Positions 5,912 to 10,277 of a stretch of DNA of 10,277 nucleotides are shown here, in pieces (the stretch's first letter is position 1; every line of letters starts with the position of its first letter). The translations under genes and the position numbers were made by a program. The stretch covers positions 1 through 10,277 of the forward strand of contig JBHHYI010000149.1 in the NCBI GenBank assembly GCA_046757525.1, in the 5' to 3' direction. Below the pieces are notes generated by a model. That model searched no databases. It saw nothing but the letters and a program-made list of their open reading frames with translations, and had not been told where the DNA came from. This stretch comes from a bacterium. Its GTDB lineage: Bacteria; Zhuqueibacterota; Zhuqueibacteria; Oceanimicrobiales; Oceanimicrobiaceae.

Positions 5912-5954
5912 CGCCAGAACCTGGGTAGCAGAGATTACGTGGTCGGAGCCGCCT

Positions 5955-6006
5955 CAACACGGTCAGTTGTTTGCCCTGGGAGCCAGGGTGTTGGCGTGAC
6001 TGAGTT
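5955..6006. terminator. Long imperfect hairpin between convergent genes, possible terminator or 3' stabiliser
   Basis: Inner stem GCCCTGG(5973-5979)-GAG-CCAGGGT(5983-5989) and outer CAACACGGTCA/TGACTGAGTTG. No clear U-tract. Confidence 0.25.
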
Positions 6007-6024
6007 GTTCTCTGAGCTTATTAT

Positions 6025-7737
6025 TTAATCGGTTAACATGAATTTCTTTTGAGATCTGGCCACAATTGCTTTGTCGTTGGTATCGGAAACTATGATTTCC
6101 AATTTGTAGGCACGATTGGTGAGTTTACTGAGGTCGATCTCAATCAGTTCTTGAGATATGTTTTCGTCGACGGGTTGAGTTTGGATAATACTAATGGAAG
6201 GTTCTTTTGCATCAGTCATATAGACTTTATAGGTCAATTCATATTCCCTGCCGAAGCCAATGGCTTGCAAATTGTAAATTTCAAAATAACAATAAAGAGC
6301 CAGAGACTTGCGTACTTTACTGACAGGATAGGGCGCTAACATTACGTTTTGTTTTTCAATGACCGGCAACAGCAGCCGCTCTTTTGCATCGGTTAAGTGT
6401 AAGAAAAACTGGATGTCACTAACCATCAAATTTTGGCCGCTGAAACTCCGGATATTGATGGGTCTTTGAGAGAAGCCAATTCTATGGTTGCGATTATTTC
6501 TTACTTGCAGGTGCAGTTCAAGTTGATTTGGAGGTGCTGTAAGTGTCAGGTTTCCGACAGCTTGAAAGCTACGTTTCAGATCCGCAACCTCGACAAGGAA
6601 ATGCCTTTGAAGATGATTGGTCGCTACGGTATTAAAACGATCATCGCGTAACATAGAGCTAAAATCGACGTCTACCGTATCAATTGAAACCTGGCCAGAC
6701 AGATCCACATATTTCTTCAGCGGCGACAACATGAAGATTTCTACTCGAGTTTTGCCTTCTGGGCCTCGAAATTGGGCAATGCTATCGGTGAAGGGCAATT
6801 TATTTCTTGCATAAACGGGTCGATAGATGGAACGCGGTGCGTCAAGGCTCGCTTTTCTGGACTCATTTTCCAGTTCACGTAAATTCGAATACAAATCGGT
6901 CTGAATGGTGCGAGCGTCGGCATCAGAATCCCTAACGACTCTTCCGCCACCTCCACCTGGCCTTTGTAGCAGCGTATTTTCTATGTTGATAAACTCCGTA
7001 ACTGCGTCATTGATTAGCGGAGACATCCAAAATCGATTTTTTAAAACATCACTCCAGTACCAGACCAGACGCCCTCTTCTCTGACTGCCAAGAATGACGG
7101 ACTTTAAAGTCTTAATCTCCATGAAAGAACAATCTTCCTCTTTCGCGAAATGCACGACATAGTCGCGGGCTACATTCACATAAGACCAACTTTCATTCGG
7201 TTTGGTTGAATAATAGTTGAACGGAATGCTCACCAGACTCTTAATCGCTCTCGAGCCACCAGGATCTTGATAACGAAAATGGGGTTTACCATATTTGATA
7301 TAATACTTGCCTCTATCATCATAATAAGGCGGCTGAGCAAGCGGGAAATGTTTTCTTGCGTAAGTGCGCCGGTTTATATGGTTCAGCAATCGATCGTTTT
7401 CGGGCAGCAAAGGATCTGGGTTTTGCGCCTTCCAATAGTATTCAATAAACGACTTTCGATCCGTTAGCGAAGAGAGTTTAGAATAGTCTCCCCTTAGCTT
7501 TTTATCCAACAACAGCAGGATCTCCGGTTCAAATTCATTTTTGAATGTTTCCTCATTGGCTTCTTTGAGAAGTGCCCAGTATTGATCTTCAGTTTTAATA
7601 GAATCATAGAGATTCTTTTGACTGAGGGGACGTTTTGCGCCGGATCCTCCAACAATTAGAGCGTATAAGTTGGGAAGAATGATGAAGAAAAGTGCAACTG
7701 AGAAGATCAAAAAGTGCTTTAGGCGTGGAGAGAACAT
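6025..7737 (-). CDS. GWxTD-domain-like exported protein
   Basis: N-terminal signal-like stretch (KHFLIFSVALFFIILPNLYA). Segments FIEYYWKAQNPDP...ENDRLLNHINRRTYARKHF...DDRGKYYIKYGKP...ESWSY match the GWxTD domain layout. Typical C-terminus SDIQF...PYP...YFEIYNL. Confidence 0.8.
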   Translation of the reverse strand: MFSPRLKHFLIFSVALFFIILPNLYALIVGGSGAKRPLSQKNLYDSIKTEDQYWALLKEANEETFKNEFEPEILLLLDKKLRGDYSKLSSLTDRKSFIEYYWKAQNPDPLLPENDRLLNHINRRTYARKHFPLAQPPYYDDRGKYYIKYGKPHFRYQDPGGSRAIKSLVSIPFNYYSTKPNESWSYVNVARDYVVHFAKEEDCSFMEIKTLKSVILGSQRRGRLVWYWSDVLKNRFWMSPLINDAVTEFINIENTLLQRPGGGGGRVVRDSDADARTIQTDLYSNLRELENESRKASLDAPRSIYRPVYARNKLPFTDSIAQFRGPEGKTRVEIFMLSPLKKYVDLSGQVSIDTVDVDFSSMLRDDRFNTVATNHLQRHFLVEVADLKRSFQAVGNLTLTAPPNQLELHLQVRNNRNHRIGFSQRPINIRSFSGQNLMVSDIQFFLHLTDAKERLLLPVIEKQNVMLAPYPVSKVRKSLALYCYFEIYNLQAIGFGREYELTYKVYMTDAKEPSISIIQTQPVDENISQELIEIDLSKLTNRAYKLEIIVSDTNDKAIVARSQKKFMLTD

Positions 7738-7758
7738 GTTTGTTCATCAAGTTCGTCC

Positions 7759-7786
7759 ATACTATTTTTATTTAACGATCTATCAA
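7759..7786 (-). promoter_or_regulatory. Possible sigma70-like promoter for the GWxTD-like gene
   Basis: Minus strand TTGATA(7786-7781), 16-nt spacer, TAGTAT(7764-7759). Confidence 0.35.
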
Positions 7787-8066
7787 GCCAAGCGGTTCAA
7801 GATTATCAAAATTCTAAGAAGATTCATGTTGCCTTCTCCCGCCTTATAAATTGAAACAGTAAAACGGAGTCGTTTATGTCCATCACAGAGCAGACCGCTC
7901 TGCATCGATTAGGATATTCGTTCATTCTGCCCAACGCATAGGCTCCCTTTCGTCTCACATTTGAAGGTGTTGCGGAAAGGGGCTTTGCACTTCCGGTGTC
8001 TTGCTACGACCTGACGCTCTGCACGAACGAGCTCGAGCTTTCGGTCAAGCACGAATTAAATTAACC

Positions 8067-8095
8067 TTGACAATTCCAATCTGGCTGGATATATT
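8067..8095 (+). promoter_or_regulatory. Near-consensus sigma70-like promoter for the CRTAC1-like gene
   Basis: TTGACA(8067-8072), 17-nt spacer, TATATT(8090-8095). Confidence 0.7.
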
Positions 8096-8113
8096 TGACT
8101 AAGAAGAGATCTA

Positions 8114-9949
8114 TTGGCTACCAGGAATTTCAATCAAGGGAGGGTTGTGGAGATTCGCAAAGAGTCCAGTTTTGAGCGAAAAGATGGTGTCCTGAAGGTA
8201 TTGGTGCTGTTTGCCCTGATGGGCTTGAGCACTGCTTCTGGCTGTCGCAACAAGGAGGCAAAAGCGCCCGCAGTGTCTCCTGCTGCCCCAATCTCGACAA
8301 ACGCCTCTCAGCCAATCCTCACAGATGTAACGACGGAGGTAGGAATCGATTTTGTGTATGACAACGGCATGTCGGGTAAGATGTATTTTGTGGAGATGAT
8401 GGGCGGTGGAGGGGCTATGTTCGATTACGACAATGATGGGGACGAGGACCTCTATCTGGCTCAAGGTCATTTGCTGGATCCGGCGTGGCCTGGTCCAGAT
8501 GCCACTACACCAGGAGATCGCCTTTACCGTAATGAGCTTGAAATACGGCCCGACGGTACCCGTGCATTGCACTTTACCGATGTCACCGAGTCGAGTGGGT
8601 TGCGGGCTACGGGCTATGGGATGGGCGTGACCACCGGTGATTATAACAATGATGGCTGGGTTGATCTCTACGTTCTCAACTGGGGCGATAACCAGTTGTG
8701 GCGCAACAATGGCGACGGGACGTTTACCGACGTGACTCAGGAAAGTGGCACCAACGATCCCAACTGGTCTACGGCTGCCGCCTTTCTGGATTTCGACCGC
8801 GATGGCTGGCTGGACCTCATGATCGTAAACTATGTTGGCTATTCCTTTGCAAATGATCATCCCTGTTATTCACCAATTTCAGGGGGTCGCGACTACTGTC
8901 ACCCAAGTTCTTACCCCGTGGCGCCAGATCGTTTGCTGCGCAATCGGGGGGATGGTACTTTTGAGAATGTTACCCTTGCAACCAGGGTCGTTAGCGCCTA
9001 TGGACCAGGACTCGGGATTGCGGTCGCGGACTTCAACGGGGATGGCTGGCCGGACATATATGTGGCCAATGATGGCAGGGAAAACCTGCTGTGGCTTAAC
9101 GAGGAAGGACGCTATTTCCAAAACCACGCCGTCATCTCAGGCACGGCTGTGAACAACGCCGGGGCCACGGAAGCCAGTATGGGCGTGAACGCAGCCGATT
9201 TCGATGGCGATGGAGACATAGACCTGTTTATGACCCATCTTACCCGCGAAACAAATACGCTTTACATTAACTACGGCATGGCTTTGTTTCAAGACCGTAC
9301 CCTGACCTCAGGTCTGGCGGCGGCAAGTTTGCCGTACACCGGTTTTGGTACGGTCGACTTTGACTATGACAACGATGGCTGGTTAGACGTGTTTGTAGCC
9401 AACGGGCATGTGGGAATCATCCAGGAAGAGGCCCAACGAGGGGACCCTTTCCCTTTAAAACAAGTGAATCAGTTTTTTCGTAATCTGGGACAGGGTCGTT
9501 TTGAAATGATTAGCTCAACAGACGATCCGGTTTTGGGGCTGGAGGAGGTTAGCCGCGGAGCGGCCATGGGCGACGTGGATAATGATGGAGATACAGACCT
9601 GTTGCTCGTCAATAACAACGGACCAGCACGGCTGCTGCGCAATGAAGTGGGGCAGAAGCAGACCTGGTTGGGGTTGCGCCTTGTAGGTGCTGTAACGCGG
9701 CGAGATATGCTCGGGAGCAGGGTAGCCCTGGTGCGCACCGACGGATCCACGTTGTGGCGTCGGGTGCATGTCGATGGCAGTTATTGTTCGGCCCACGATC
9801 CGCGGGTCTTGTTTGGTTTAGGTAAGTCAGGGAGCTACAAGGCGGTCCGTGTTTACTGGACGGGAGGTGACGTTGAAGAGTGGACTGACCTGGACATAGG
9901 ACAATATCATACTTTGACTCAGGGAACGGGAAAACAGCTCGAGAAATAG
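8114..9949 (+). CDS. CRTAC1-family protein: FG-GAP/VCBS beta-propeller plus C-terminal ASPIC/UnbV domain, predicted lipoprotein
   Basis: Seven Dx[DN]xDG repeats (DYDNDG, DYNNDG, DFDRDG, DFNGDG, DFDGDG, DYDNDG, DVDNDG). UnbV-type tail GSYCSAHDPRVLFGLG...VRVYWTGG. Hydrophobic stretch ending in ASG-C (Cys codon 8243-8245). The start is uncertain (TTG 8114 or GTG 8147). Confidence 0.9.
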   Translation: MATRNFNQGRVVEIRKESSFERKDGVLKVLVLFALMGLSTASGCRNKEAKAPAVSPAAPISTNASQPILTDVTTEVGIDFVYDNGMSGKMYFVEMMGGGGAMFDYDNDGDEDLYLAQGHLLDPAWPGPDATTPGDRLYRNELEIRPDGTRALHFTDVTESSGLRATGYGMGVTTGDYNNDGWVDLYVLNWGDNQLWRNNGDGTFTDVTQESGTNDPNWSTAAAFLDFDRDGWLDLMIVNYVGYSFANDHPCYSPISGGRDYCHPSSYPVAPDRLLRNRGDGTFENVTLATRVVSAYGPGLGIAVADFNGDGWPDIYVANDGRENLLWLNEEGRYFQNHAVISGTAVNNAGATEASMGVNAADFDGDGDIDLFMTHLTRETNTLYINYGMALFQDRTLTSGLAAASLPYTGFGTVDFDYDNDGWLDVFVANGHVGIIQEEAQRGDPFPLKQVNQFFRNLGQGRFEMISSTDDPVLGLEEVSRGAAMGDVDNDGDTDLLLVNNNGPARLLRNEVGQKQTWLGLRLVGAVTRRDMLGSRVALVRTDGSTLWRRVHVDGSYCSAHDPRVLFGLGKSGSYKAVRVYWTGGDVEEWTDLDIGQYHTLTQGTGKQLEK

Positions 9950-9964
9950 CCCTGCAAGATTCGA

Positions 9965-10276
9965 TTAGCGCGTTGAAAGTGTTCGCGTAGCCACAGAACG
10001 GTTACAGATGTGAATAATAGAAAGAAAACCGTAAGCGCGGCAAAAGAAGTTCACATTATCGAGTAACTTAGCGTTGGGGATCAAATACGGTGGGTGCCCA
10101 TAGGCGTGAACTTGAGCCGCAGCTCTCATCCCCAACAAACTCCAGTTGGGGGGACGGACTTGCTCGGGAAGCTTTGCTTCGATGAGTTCGAGCTGTCTGT
10201 CGAAACGAAGCTTCTCTACCAAATGCGTTCCACAATAAACTTTTGGAACGGGCGGGATTCCACTTAGCAAGTAAAA
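9965..10276 (-). CDS. Probable 3' end of a hypothetical protein entering from beyond the window
   Basis: The frame is open from the window edge (FYLLSGIPPVPKVY...) to TAA at 9965-9967, converging 15 nt from the CRTAC1-like stop. No recognisable motif. Confidence 0.35.
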   Translation of the reverse strand, partial: FYLLSGIPPVPKVYCGTHLVEKLRFDRQLELIEAKLPEQVRPPNWSLLGMRAAAQVHAYGHPPYLIPNAKLLDNVNFFCRAYGFLSIIHICNRSVATRTLSTR

Positions 10277-10277
10277 A

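Noticed and set aside
5382..5960. 192-aa ORF on the minus strand
   Set aside because: It is antisense to the conserved ATPase C-terminal head and has no motif. The other short overlapping ORFs in the track were rejected on the same grounds.
8111..8860. 249-aa ORF on the minus strand
   Set aside because: It is an antisense shadow of the repeat-rich CRTAC1-like gene, which has clear motifs and a promoter.

Overview
Bacterial chromosomal window with eight complete CDSs and one probable partial CDS at the right edge. From left to right: a stand-alone PqqD/RRE-family gene (+); an ACT-domain gene and a hot-dog acyl-CoA thioesterase (-); an ~850-bp intergenic region with divergent sigma70-like promoters; a tight three-gene operon (+) encoding a Dabb protein, an Mre11/SbcD-type metallophosphoesterase and a YhaN/SbcE-like SMC/Rad50-type ATPase with a central transmembrane hairpin; a GWxTD-like exported protein (-); and a CRTAC1-like FG-GAP/ASPIC-UnbV lipoprotein (+). 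The most unusual part is the non-coding stretch 1507-2359, a mosaic of palindromic elements: a TA-bounded MITE-like element inside a predicted 5' leader, three covarying REP-like hairpins with a GTAA foot, a four-way junction with no unpaired junction bases, and a nested symmetric hairpin. No transposase, rRNA, tRNA or CRISPR array is visible. All family calls come from motifs recognised by eye, not from database searches. The gene content suggests an FCB-group, KSB1-like or Acidobacteria-like organism, but that is only an inference.
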